Counted from the stretch's first letter, positions 9,025-17,492 are shown. The stretch: 64,000 nucleotides of DNA from an uncultured Lachnotalea sp. (GCA_947066815.1 CAMSZT010000011.1:2567-66566), one strand, 5' to 3'. Numbers and translations are program-made. The notes: a model not told the origin generated them from the letters alone.

Positions 9025-9054
9025 GCCCCCTTCTGTTTCGGGTTTGAGCGAAAG

Positions 9055-9285
9055 TTTGACAAAACCGTCTATGAGGGGAAAAAAGAGCGGACTGTCACTG
9101 TTGAAAAACTCGGGACCGAAAAGGAACTGCGAGAACGATTAAATGATGCTGACCCTTACGAATGGGCCAGAAAGCATATCGTAGAACTTAACCTGGCTGA
9201 AAAACATCAAAACCGGGAAGTCATTGTAAGATTCAAACAGTCGAAGCGCCTTCCAAGGAGCACCGTCCCAGCTATAGCACCTCAA
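9055..9285 (+). pseudogene. IS1634-like transposase N-terminal fragment
   Basis: Own translation FDKTVYEGKKERTVTVEKLGTEKELRERLNDADPYEWARKHIVELNLAEKHQNREVIVRFKQSKRL. It resembles the N-terminus of Firmicute IS1634-family transposases from memory. There is no start codon and no transposase body, and it abuts the next fragment. Confidence 0.45.
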
Positions 9286-9414
9286 TTTTTTCGTGATATC
9301 CATCATTGCCAGGTACAGCATTTTTAAAAGGCTGTTGTCGGTCGGAAACACGGTTTTCGATTTGGTCACTTTTCGCAGCTGGCGGTTGAATCCTTCAATG
9401 GCATTTGTCGTACT
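9286..9414 (-). pseudogene. IS256-family (Mutator-type) transposase C-terminal fragment
   Basis: Translation STTNAIEGFNRQLRKVTKSKTVFPTDNSLLKMLYLAMMDITKK matches the conserved IS256 C-terminal block. Homology stops abruptly at about 9286. Confidence 0.7.
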
Positions 9415-9430
9415 ATCACGAAATCAGCAT

Positions 9431-9639
9431 AGTACGACAAACATCATAGAGGGTCTGAACCGGCAGTATCGGAAGGTTACAAAGACAAAAAGTATGTTTC
9501 CGAGTGACAGCACACTGGAAAAGATGTTATATCTGGCCAGTGAAAACGTGGTAAAAGGACTCAAAGGTACCGGAACTGGGACCAGGTCCTGAACCAGCTG
9601 ATTGTACTGTACGGAGAACGACTAACGCAGTACCTATAA
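9431..9639 (+). pseudogene. IS256-family transposase C-terminal fragment, frameshifted
   Basis: STTNIIEGLNRQYRKVTKTKSMFPSDSTLEKMLYLASENVVK, then after a frameshift RNWDQVLNQLIVLYGERLTQYL*. It lies head-to-head with the previous fragment across a 13-bp perfect inverted repeat. Confidence 0.7.
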
Positions 9640-9841
9640 AAAGAAAAGCCAGGGCGGCCATAACCAAATCATCTGGCCGCCCCAACCTTATTCCAGAGGC
9701 ATTTACAGGATTGCCAGAAAATCCCAACCTTATTCCGGAGGCCGGGTGTACCCAAAGGGCAGGACCTGGGCAGAGCCCACAAAAAAGCAATCCTAAAAAT
9801 GCCTCATTTTGACTTTCAATTTTACCGATCTCCTTATGTCA

Positions 9842-10156
9842 CTACACATAAAAACCTTGATCCAATATCGTTCTTGCCTCTGTTTCGATCAATGCCCCAC
9901 CCATGATATCGCCTACGCCTTTCTGCATATTTTCATATTTCTGCGCGATTTCTTTTACCACATCGTTAGAAAGCGCTATGATCGTCCTCTTATCAAATGC
10001 TCCGATCACTCCCCAATGTTCCATCTCGTCGAGCCTGTCCAGAATAGTACGCTTTTGAAATATTTTCAAGGCCTTGAATATGCAAATGACAGATTTGGCG
10101 CAAAAACCGCATAGGATTTCCATTACAGCCATAAAACATGTACAGCCGTAAAACAT
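9842..10156 (-). CDS. hypothetical protein, 104 aa (possibly a C-terminal remnant of an Rpn/PD-(D/E)XK transposase-like protein)
   Basis: ORF co-oriented 57 nt downstream of the HNH gene. The tail YENMQKGVGDIMGGALIETEART loosely resembles the Y..KGV..MC.A.EET tail of Rpn-family proteins. Weak. Confidence 0.4.
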   Translation of the reverse strand: MFYGCTCFMAVMEILCGFCAKSVICIFKALKIFQKRTILDRLDEMEHWGVIGAFDKRTIIALSNDVVKEIAQKYENMQKGVGDIMGGALIETEARTILDQGFYV

Positions 10157-10212
10157 GCGATCGGATTTATCGCAAGCTGGAAAAAGCCGGGACCTTTTCT
10201 TATTCCTTGTTC

Positions 10213-11391
10213 TTAATTTCTGTTCCAGACTTCATATCCCTGCCTTTTGGCGGAATCATAAACCGGCCGCATATTTTTCAGCAGGATATGGTAAAATTCT
10301 TCTTTCGTGTTTCCTTTCCGGTAGAGCTCCTGTCCCGCCCACAAAGAATGTAAGTTGTCCCAGTAACAGGCTTCGTATAATTTCCGAATTCCCGCCTTTT
10401 CGTGAATCAGGCCATACATAAGAAACTGATTTTCCGCAAAACGTTTAAAAAACGGCTCCCACCGGGGAAGGCGGTTGCTCTTTGCGGAATTTAGTGCGGA
10501 ATCCATAGGCGCCAGATTCCACAATTCGTCATTCATCACAAAAGACCATGGGACGAAGTGATCCACGTCATACTGCCGGGGCATGACCGGCTGCCCCGTA
10601 AACACGTCCCGCACTTCGCTTATGTCCAGAATTCCTTCCCAGAGTTTCCGGACATTATTCAGTTTCCTCATCTTTTCGTCCATGGGAGCCAACTTATGGA
10701 CAAGCCCCGGCACCTCCGGATTGTTGTTCTGAAGCCATTTTACCTTCTCATATTGAATCCAGCCAAGAATCGCCACGGTATGATCCTGAATCATTTCGAT
10801 CCAGGATTCCTGGAAGTAGATCGTTTTTTGCAGCTTGCTCTCCGTCCCCAGTATATATGGAAGCAGCACGACCTCCCTGTTGATTCGCTCTATGTAGGCA
10901 GTCAGCCTCCTGACGCTCCCCCACTCTGCCGGCTCTTCGCTTTTATTAAAAAAGCCGGCAAGCGCCCGATAAGGAACCATATTGGTAAGCTGCTCTTTGT
11001 ATCCCTTTAATTCCCGGCTATGCCTCTGAATGGCATTCTTGATCTCAACCTTCGACGCATTGGCCGGAAGGCCGCTAAGCTCCGTCAGCCTCATGACTGC
11101 CCGCTCCAGACCGTCCCGCACCTGTCCGTCTGCCTGCATTCCACTTAAATGGATGTGAAACTCTCTGACTGAGTACCAGGCATTGCAGATCATCTCATCA
11201 ATAACCGTATCAAAGGTGGTCTCCCGAAGGCCCTCCGAGATCAGCCGCACGATCGCTTCCAGCCAGTAGAATTTATAGCAGCAGGACGGGTCCTTCATCA
11301 TAAGGGAGAAAGATTCTATGTCCAGCGTATTGTAATATTTTCCGTCAACTGTCAGTGGATATCCGATTTTTGAAGTATCAGATTCAGCCAT
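10213..11391 (-). CDS. HNH endonuclease-domain protein with a large uncharacterised N-terminal domain
   Basis: 392-aa ORF. HNH motif YDVDHFVPWSFVMNDELWNLAPMDSALNSAKSNRLP near the C-terminal third. N-terminal CCYKFYWLEAIV region of unknown family. Confidence 0.8.
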   Translation of the reverse strand: MAESDTSKIGYPLTVDGKYYNTLDIESFSLMMKDPSCCYKFYWLEAIVRLISEGLRETTFDTVIDEMICNAWYSVREFHIHLSGMQADGQVRDGLERAVMRLTELSGLPANASKVEIKNAIQRHSRELKGYKEQLTNMVPYRALAGFFNKSEEPAEWGSVRRLTAYIERINREVVLLPYILGTESKLQKTIYFQESWIEMIQDHTVAILGWIQYEKVKWLQNNNPEVPGLVHKLAPMDEKMRKLNNVRKLWEGILDISEVRDVFTGQPVMPRQYDVDHFVPWSFVMNDELWNLAPMDSALNSAKSNRLPRWEPFFKRFAENQFLMYGLIHEKAGIRKLYEACYWDNLHSLWAGQELYRKGNTKEEFYHILLKNMRPVYDSAKRQGYEVWNRN

Positions 11392-11948
11392 CTCTCCCCA
11401 CCCCTGCCCTGCCGCACGTCACCGGTAGCCCAGCACTCCCTTATGCGGACGCCGTCAAACTCTTCCAGAAACCGCCCAAAGGATTCCTCTGTAAAATCCG
11501 TAAAATATCTGCCCCTGCGAACGCCTTCAAATTCTCCATACTTGAACGATGTATAAATCACGCCATTTTCCCTGAGGGCCTGCAGCATTCTCTCCATAAC
11601 TTCCTTTAATTCCTGCAGCGGCAAATGTAAAATGGAGGAACAGGCCCAGATCCCGTCATATCGATCCTTTTCTGTGAGATCCTGAAACAGCATCTGCCTC
11701 ACGGGAACTTTGGCATACCGGCTTGCAAACTCGCACATTTTTGCTGAACCGTCAACCGCTTCCACCTGATAACCTTTCCTGTGAAAATATGCGGCATCCC
11801 TGCCGGAGCCACAGCCAAAATCCAGAATCCTCGCCTTCTCTGGCAAAAAGGCCAGAAATTTTTCCTGCGTTTTGCGAAAATCCACGGCAACCGTTCCGGC
11901 GATAAATGCTTCTGCGTTTTGATCGTAATAGGCGATTATATCTGTCAT
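11352..11948 (-). CDS. class I SAM-dependent methyltransferase (small-molecule/Methyltransf_11-25 type)
   Basis: Motif I ILDFGCGSGRDAAYF and post-I EAVDGS. 198 aa. No DPPY/NPPY or cytosine-C5 motifs seen. The 3' end overlaps the HNH gene start by 40 nt. Confidence 0.85.
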   Translation of the reverse strand: MTDIIAYYDQNAEAFIAGTVAVDFRKTQEKFLAFLPEKARILDFGCGSGRDAAYFHRKGYQVEAVDGSAKMCEFASRYAKVPVRQMLFQDLTEKDRYDGIWACSSILHLPLQELKEVMERMLQALRENGVIYTSFKYGEFEGVRRGRYFTDFTEESFGRFLEEFDGVRIRECWATGDVRQGRGGERWLNLILQKSDIH

Positions 11949-12212
11949 GTAAGCACCTCATTCCGCTCCCAGAGCTTTATATACCGCATTCTCCTCGCAC
12001 CCGTCCGATTATCCAATTTATACGTCGTTCCCCGCTCAATCTGATTATACCTGTTTTCTAATATATTGTCACGTCAAAGTCCATAGGAACTATAAAGAAT
12101 TTCAGTTTCAAAATCAATATACGCTTTCTATCACAAACAACTTGAGCGGGGAAATTTTCTCCCCGCCCATAAAACATTTTCCTATTTAATCCATCGCTTC
12201 CGCCTGAACCAT

Positions 12213-12704
12213 CTACGCCCAATACACTCCCATCCTGTCCAGCACATAATACAAAATCCCCGCGATCCAGCTTGCAAAGATCCCGTAAAGGATCACCGGC
12301 CCGGCGATGGTGAAGATCTTGCAGCCGATTCCGAAGACCTGGCCCTCCTTCTTGTACTCGATGGCCGGGGCCACCACGGAGTTGGCAAAGCCGGTGATGG
12401 GCACCAGGGCCCCGGCCCCGCCGAAGGTGACGATTTTGGGGAATATATTTAAGCCGGTCAGGATGACCGTGCTCCCGATCAGGATCAGCAGGGTCCATGC
12501 ACCGGCCGCATCCTTCTCCAGGCCGTTGTTCGTGAAGATATTCATGAAAAACTGGCCGATGGTGCAGATGATTCCGCCGGTCAGAAACGCCTTTACCATG
12601 TTGAGGGGCGTATTGTGGACCGGCGTGATCCGCTTCACATATTTTTCATACTCTTCCGGCTTCATGTCCGCGCCGGGACGCGGGATTTCCTTTTTCTCTT
12701 CCAT
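12213..12704 (-). CDS. spoVAC: stage V sporulation protein AC
   Basis: LTGGIICTIGQ...GGAGALVPITGFANS aligns with B. subtilis SpoVAC (GAGTAVPVTGFANS). Confidence 0.9.
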   Translation of the reverse strand: MEEKKEIPRPGADMKPEEYEKYVKRITPVHNTPLNMVKAFLTGGIICTIGQFFMNIFTNNGLEKDAAGAWTLLILIGSTVILTGLNIFPKIVTFGGAGALVPITGFANSVVAPAIEYKKEGQVFGIGCKIFTIAGPVILYGIFASWIAGILYYVLDRMGVYWA

Positions 12705-12779
12705 AAAACTGATCCCTCTCTGTTTTTATAAAATCCTTCTCAATAAGATCGCCCTCTGCAAATCGCCGGCTTTTTAAGC

Positions 12780-12845
12780 CCTGGCTTTCTGAAAGGCCTG
12801 GCTTCTGAAAGACCTGGTTTTTTAAAGACCTGGCTTCGCAAAAAG
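12780..12845. repeat. 16-17 bp tandem repeat x4 in the spoVAB-spoVAC intergenic region
   Basis: cctggctttctgaaagg / cctggcttctgaaaga / cctggttttttaaaga / cctggcttcgcaaaaag, bracketed by gccggctttt (12766) and aaaagccggt (12856). Confidence 0.8.
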
Positions 12846-12883
12846 CCCTTCTCTATAAAAGCCGGTCTTCCCTGCTTTTCGCG

Positions 12884-13300
12884 TCATCCGCCCAGGAAAA
12901 AATAGAGCAGCGCGCCGATGCCTTTTCCGGCCGCCATCGACAGGATCACATACTGGAGTCCGGTTGCCAGCCGGATCCGCCGGCTAAGGACGGGCAGCGC
13001 GTTCAGGGTCTCTGCCAGGGACATGATCAGGCAGCCCACAAAGATCCCGCCCCCCAGCCCCAGAAGGACGAGCAGGGTCACGCCTCCCGGAACGGGGATC
13101 TTGTAGAGATTGACCACGTTTCCGAAGGCGCCCCCGAGGACGATGCAGTCCTCGACGAGCCGGATGTGCTTTGCGGTGTGGGTCTTGCCGATCAGGCGCA
13201 CCACCACGCCGATGGTGACGATGAAGGCGAACACGCCCGCCGCAATCACCCCGCCGGCACAGATCCCGATGGTCCCAAGCAGAATATAGTTAAGAAACAT
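12884..13300 (-). CDS. spoVAB: stage V sporulation protein AB
   Basis: MFLNYILLGTIGICAGGVIAAGVFAFIVTIGVVVRLIGKT aligns with the SpoVAB N-terminus. Start set at the internal Met (13300); the ORF-track start 13327 is possible. Confidence 0.8.
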   Translation of the reverse strand: MFLNYILLGTIGICAGGVIAAGVFAFIVTIGVVVRLIGKTHTAKHIRLVEDCIVLGGAFGNVVNLYKIPVPGGVTLLVLLGLGGGIFVGCLIMSLAETLNALPVLSRRIRLATGLQYVILSMAAGKGIGALLYFFLGG

Positions 13301-13916
13301 CAATGCCCGACTCCTCTCTATCCGCATTCTGGATCAGCGTGGTATTGACGTCCGTCTCGTAAGTGCGCATCTGCACCTCGATGGGGGTCGGATCCTTGGA
13401 GAGGGCCGCTTTAGAAAAATGATTGAAGAACACCAGGATCCCGATGGGAAGGCCGATGGAATAGGTCAGCTCCAGGATCGTCGGCCCCGCCGGGGCCGTT
13501 CCCATGACCTGAGCATAGATCTGGCGGAAGATATTGGTCACGTCGCCGTCGTTATTGAAGGTCATGATGGCAAAGGCCGCTCCGAAAAAAGAAACCAGGC
13601 AGACAAAGGCCGCCTTGATCCAATCCCACACAGGATGCGGCTTCACGTCCGGCTGATAATCGATGATGCAGTCCGTCTCGCCGATGTTGTTGATCTCCAC
13701 CTGCTCGCAGAGCTTTTCCATCTTTTTGATCAGGTCCATGACCGAAACCACGTACCGCTCCTTCTTGTCCGCATGGATGTTCATGACCTTGACAGCCTTG
13801 CATTTACTCTCGATGGCCTTATCCCGGCACCAGATGCTCCCGAGCTGGCTTAAGAATACCTCCTTTTCGTGGACCTCCGTATTCTGGTTCAGCTTCAGGT
13901 ACAAAACCTCGCTCAT
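13290..13916 (-). CDS. spoVAA: stage V sporulation protein AA
   Basis: Start at MSEVLYLKLNQNTEV (ATG 13916, an ATGA overlap with the upstream gene's stop). About 208 aa with C-terminal TM segments. Position upstream of spoVAB fits the operon order. Confidence 0.8.
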   Translation of the reverse strand: MSEVLYLKLNQNTEVHEKEVFLSQLGSIWCRDKAIESKCKAVKVMNIHADKKERYVVSVMDLIKKMEKLCEQVEINNIGETDCIIDYQPDVKPHPVWDWIKAAFVCLVSFFGAAFAIMTFNNDGDVTNIFRQIYAQVMGTAPAGPTILELTYSIGLPIGILVFFNHFSKAALSKDPTPIEVQMRTYETDVNTTLIQNADREESGIDVS

Positions 13917-14248
13917 AAGCGGCCACCGGCCGGCCGCATCGCGCCCCTCACCATCACTCCGGCGCTCTGCATTCCGTTTCCGGCCATCCTGCCCGCTGCC
14001 CGCAGGCTGTCCCCAGCCATCTCTCCAACTGCCCGCAGGCCGTCCCCGGCCATCTTTCCAACTGACCGCAGGCCGTCCCCGGCCATCTTTCCAGCCGCCC
14101 GCAGCCTGTCCGCCGCCTCGTGTACCAGCGTACCCTTGTCCGCCCGCTCCGCAGGCTTTTTCGACATCAGGTAAGCGGCCGCTGCCAAAACGACCGCTGT
14201 CAGGACCACCAGCCCGATGATCCACCGCTTCGTTCCCGAACCACTCAT
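13913..14248 (-). CDS. small N-terminally membrane-anchored protein with four 11-aa tandem repeats
   Basis: aaggagg RBS. TM segment WIIGLVVLTAVVLAAAAYL. Repeats AGKMAGDGLRS/VGKMAGDGLRA/VGEMAGDSLRA/AGRMAGNGMQS are encoded by a 33-bp DNA repeat. Its stop overlaps the spoVAA ATG. Confidence 0.6.
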   Translation of the reverse strand: MSGSGTKRWIIGLVVLTAVVLAAAAYLMSKKPAERADKGTLVHEAADRLRAAGKMAGDGLRSVGKMAGDGLRAVGEMAGDSLRAAGRMAGNGMQSAGVMVRGAMRPAGGRL

Positions 14249-14286
14249 ATGACCAGCTCCTCCTTAAAATGATCTCTTTTAACGGT

Positions 14287-14315
14287 TATTATGGCAGAAG
14301 AAGCTTTTTTTATGC
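14287..14315 (-). promoter_or_regulatory. forespore sigma-F/sigma-G type promoter for the small-protein/spoVA operon
   Basis: Minus strand GCATA (14315-14311), 17 nt spacer, CATAATA (14293-14287). This matches the GHATR-N17/18-CATxxTA consensus, about 40 nt upstream of the ATG at 14248. Confidence 0.5.
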
Positions 14316-14371
14316 ATCTGATATCGTCAAAAACAGAAAACTCCGCACCAAAAGCCGCTCTTCCCGGCGGA

Positions 14372-15085
14372 TCAAAGCCGCCGCCTCATGGTCTGCAGGA
14401 TCTTCTTTTCCAGCCTGGACACCTGTACCTGGGAAATTCCCAGTTCTTTCGCCACCTGAGTCTGGGTCTTGTCCATATAATAGCGCATAACGATGAGGCG
14501 GGCTTCCTGGGGCTTGAGTTCCTTTAAAAGCCTGGCCACCACCAGCTTGTTTAAAACGCCCTCGTCCTCCTCCTTCATATCCTCCAGCTTGTCGATGAGG
14601 TAGATGGCATTTCCGTCCCCGTGATAAATGGTTTTGTAGAGGGATTCCACCTCCGCCCCCGACTCCATGGCCGCCGCCAGCTCCGTCGGCTCCACCTGGA
14701 GGGAACTGGCAAGCTCCGGCAGGGTCGGTTCCCTCCCCAGGGAAGTCCCCAGCCTCTCCCGCTCCGCCCCGGCCTTCGCCGCCATCTCCTTCAAGGAGCG
14801 GCTGATCTTGATCATGCCGTCGTCCCGGAGGAACCGTTTGATCTCCCCGGTGATCATGGGGATCGCATAGGTGGAAAACCTCACGTCATAGCTCACGTCA
14901 AATTTATCAATGGCTTTTAAAAGGCCGATGCTGCCGATCTGGAACAGGTCCTCCGCCTCGTGGCCCCGGCCGAGAAATCGCCGCACCACGCACCAGATGA
15001 GTCCCATATTTTCCGATACCAGCCTGTCCCTCGCCTCTTTATCCCCCGCGTGTGCCGATCGGAGCAGCTCCATCGTCTCGTCCAT
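14372..15085 (-). CDS. sigF: sporulation sigma factor SigF
   Basis: 237 aa, DLFQIGSIGLLKAIDKFDVSYDVRFSTYAIPMITGEIKRFLRD. Follows spoIIAA-spoIIAB. Confidence 0.92.
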   Translation of the reverse strand: MDETMELLRSAHAGDKEARDRLVSENMGLIWCVVRRFLGRGHEAEDLFQIGSIGLLKAIDKFDVSYDVRFSTYAIPMITGEIKRFLRDDGMIKISRSLKEMAAKAGAERERLGTSLGREPTLPELASSLQVEPTELAAAMESGAEVESLYKTIYHGDGNAIYLIDKLEDMKEEDEGVLNKLVVARLLKELKPQEARLIVMRYYMDKTQTQVAKELGISQVQVSRLEKKILQTMRRRL

Positions 15086-15104
15086 ACACGCCTCCTGATC
15101 ACGG

Positions 15105-15629
15105 TCACCGGACCGGCCTTTCCTCCAGCCGTTTTACCATCCGCACCACCGTGCCCCGGCCGGGCGCCGAATCCACCCACACCTCGTCCATAAAAGCCTC
15201 CATAAAGGAAAATCCCATGCCGGACCGCTCCCTGGAGGGCTTCGAGGTGTAAAGAGGCTCCATGGCCTTCTTGACATCCGCGATGCCGACGCCCTCGTCC
15301 CGCACCTCCACGGAAAGCTCCCGGTCCTTGATGGTCAGCTTCATATGTACCATACCCGCTTCCTTCTCATATCCGTGGATGATGGCGTTGGTCACCGCCT
15401 CCGACACGGCGGTCTTTAAGTCCTCCACCTCCTCCACGGTGGGATCCAGCCTGGCGGCGAACACTGCCACCACCACCCTGGCAAACTGCTCATTGTGGGA
15501 GCGGCTCTCAAATTCCAGATATACGCTCTCCCCCTTTTCCTCCGGGCCTGCTCCCGCCTGCCCTGTCCCTGCTGCCGTACTTCTCATCTCTTCCATCTTT
15601 CTTTCCTCCGCCACGATCCCCATACCCAT
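15105..15629 (-). CDS. spoIIAB: anti-sigma F factor (serine kinase) SpoIIAB
   Basis: LEFESRSHNEQFARVVVAVFAARLDPTVEEVEDLKTAVSEAVTNAIIHGY...RSGMGFSFME aligns with B. subtilis SpoIIAB. The N-terminus may start at an internal Met. Confidence 0.9.
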   Translation of the reverse strand: MGMGIVAEERKMEEMRSTAAGTGQAGAGPEEKGESVYLEFESRSHNEQFARVVVAVFAARLDPTVEEVEDLKTAVSEAVTNAIIHGYEKEAGMVHMKLTIKDRELSVEVRDEGVGIADVKKAMEPLYTSKPSRERSGMGFSFMEAFMDEVWVDSAPGRGTVVRMVKRLEERPVR

Positions 15630-15630
15630 C

Positions 15631-15969
15631 TTATCTGCTCCCTTCCTCGTCTTGCCCGTCCCAGTCCCGGATGATCCGGTAGATGCCGGCCATCTCCAGG
15701 ATCCGCTTTACCCTGGGGGATGGGTTCCGCACGAACACCTCTCCCCCCACGGCCGCCATTTCCTTATACCGCCCGAGAAGCATCCCCACTCCGGCGCTGT
15801 CCATGAAATCCGTCTTTGAAAAATCAAACACCAGCCTGGTGACCGGGCAGCTGACCCGGGCTTTCGCGATCCCGTCCTTCATGCGCATGCTGCTGTGATG
15901 GTCCACCTCTCTCGGCATAAACGCGTAAAGCACCGTGCCTCTGACCTTATAGTTTGTCCCGTTTTCCAT
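15631..15969 (-). CDS. spoIIAA: anti-sigma F factor antagonist SpoIIAA (STAS domain)
   Basis: 112 aa with the STAS motif FDFSKTDFMDSAGVGMLLGRYK. First gene of the spoIIA operon. Confidence 0.9.
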   Translation of the reverse strand: MENGTNYKVRGTVLYAFMPREVDHHSSMRMKDGIAKARVSCPVTRLVFDFSKTDFMDSAGVGMLLGRYKEMAAVGGEVFVRNPSPRVKRILEMAGIYRIIRDWDGQDEEGSR

Positions 15970-16083
15970 CCAATCATTCCTCCTGATACAAAAAAATCCT
16001 TATTTTTAAACTGAAAAAGGGATACACACAAATTTATCCTTTGTATGTATCCCGTTATCCTGCGCTTCACTTTCCGGAAGCGG

Positions 16084-17481
16084 TCAATATCCCCTCTGCC
16101 GCTTCGCCTCCTGGCCCCACTGGGTATTGCTGTACACCTCGTTGTCGATCAGCTGATTGTAATAGCTGACCGCCGTCCCCCAGTCGTTCAGGTTCTGATA
16201 GCAGACGCCCATATAGAAAATGACCTCCGGGTAATCCGGCTGCAACTCCAGGCATTTGGCAAAATAGACCCGGGCCGTCTCCCAGTCTTTGCCGTCGTAG
16301 GAGCCCTTTCCCCTGACATACAGGTTCTGGACGCCGCTGTCCGTAAACTCCGAATTGAGCGCTCCGTAAACGCTCTGGAACTTCTCATTGGTCACCAGAG
16401 AGGCGTCGACCAGCGAAATGGCATCCATGGCTCCGATATAGTTCCCGTCCGCCTTCATGGTCAGCACATCGAGCAGCTTGTTATACTCATTGATGATGCC
16501 GCCCTCCCCGGTGTATGCCGCCAGTTCCGTGTTGAGATTTGCCTTCTCCTCCTCAAGTCCCCGGATCTGTTCGTCAAGGCCGGCGATCTTGGTATCCCGC
16601 TCGGCGATCTTTTCATTGTAGGAAAGGGCGTCCTCGTTGAACTCCGACTTGAGCTCCCTCTCCTTCACCGGAAGCACAAGGAAATAGCAGCTCAAAACTC
16701 CCATGATGATCCCGATGGTCAGGAGCAGGATGGCGGTCCAGTTTCCGTTCCCTTCCCGGTAGGTGGGAACGATCGCCTCATCCCTCGCCGCATTCTCCTG
16801 CATCTCCGCCTCGGTAAGCTCCCTGGCCTGTCTGCGGGGCCTCTCCCTCGCCGCCGTCCGCTTATCCTTCGCGAGGCTCTGGATATGATCCAGATAGGCG
16901 AGGGCCGCCGTATTGCCCACGTCAATGGTCAGGGCCGTTTTTAAAGTCTTCTCCGCCTTGGCGTACTCCTCCTTCTTCAGATACAAAAGCCCTAAAAGCT
17001 GATACGCCTTGACAAAGCGGGGATTCATGGCGATCACCTTCTTCGCCTGGAGAAGGGCCAGATCCTGGCTGTCATGGCGGGCATAATAAAGCGCCTGATT
17101 GAATTTCCTGAGAGTCTGGTTCATCTGGTTCAGCCGGGACTGCCTGGACTGCAGCTGCTTCAAATACTCCGCTGCCAGGTTGTCCTCCGGCTGGAGGTTC
17201 TTGCTGATGACCCATTCGGCCAGGGCATCCACCGTCTCTCCCAGCTCATAGTACACCAGCCCCAGCAGATTCCTCGCATCCGTATTCTTCTTATACAGAT
17301 CCAGGCTTTTTTTCAGATATACGGCGGCGCCGCTAAGGTCGCGGACCCTCGCCTTTTCCAGCCCTACATTATAATATGTGTTGGAGGTGCGGATGACCTT
17401 CCGGTACAGCGACACATCCCGGCCGCATGCCTGGCAGTACCTCCGCTCTCCCATCGGATGATGGCAATATAAACATTCCAT
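16084..17481 (-). CDS. TPR-repeat membrane protein with N-terminal zinc-ribbon
   Basis: CLYCHHPMGERRYCQACG zinc ribbon, TPR units, TM segment WTAILLLTIGIIMGVLSCYFLVL, coiled coil, then further TPRs. Confidence 0.8.
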   Translation of the reverse strand: MECLYCHHPMGERRYCQACGRDVSLYRKVIRTSNTYYNVGLEKARVRDLSGAAVYLKKSLDLYKKNTDARNLLGLVYYELGETVDALAEWVISKNLQPEDNLAAEYLKQLQSRQSRLNQMNQTLRKFNQALYYARHDSQDLALLQAKKVIAMNPRFVKAYQLLGLLYLKKEEYAKAEKTLKTALTIDVGNTAALAYLDHIQSLAKDKRTAARERPRRQARELTEAEMQENAARDEAIVPTYREGNGNWTAILLLTIGIIMGVLSCYFLVLPVKERELKSEFNEDALSYNEKIAERDTKIAGLDEQIRGLEEEKANLNTELAAYTGEGGIINEYNKLLDVLTMKADGNYIGAMDAISLVDASLVTNEKFQSVYGALNSEFTDSGVQNLYVRGKGSYDGKDWETARVYFAKCLELQPDYPEVIFYMGVCYQNLNDWGTAVSYYNQLIDNEVYSNTQWGQEAKRQRGY

Positions 17482-17492
17482 ATACGTTCTTC

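Noticed and set aside
13290-14225. 311-aa version of spoVAA with an N-terminal GWKDGRGRPA-repeat extension
   Set aside because: The extension is the 33-bp DNA repeat read in another frame. It has no RBS at 14225. SpoVAA homology begins at MSEVLYLKL (13916), and the small repeat protein has a strong RBS and a TM helix.
15970-16084. Sigma-H promoter or Spo0A boxes upstream of spoIIAA
   Set aside because: AAGGAT-like -35 candidates exist, but no convincing GAAT -10 at correct spacing and no TGTCGAA 0A box. Left unannotated.
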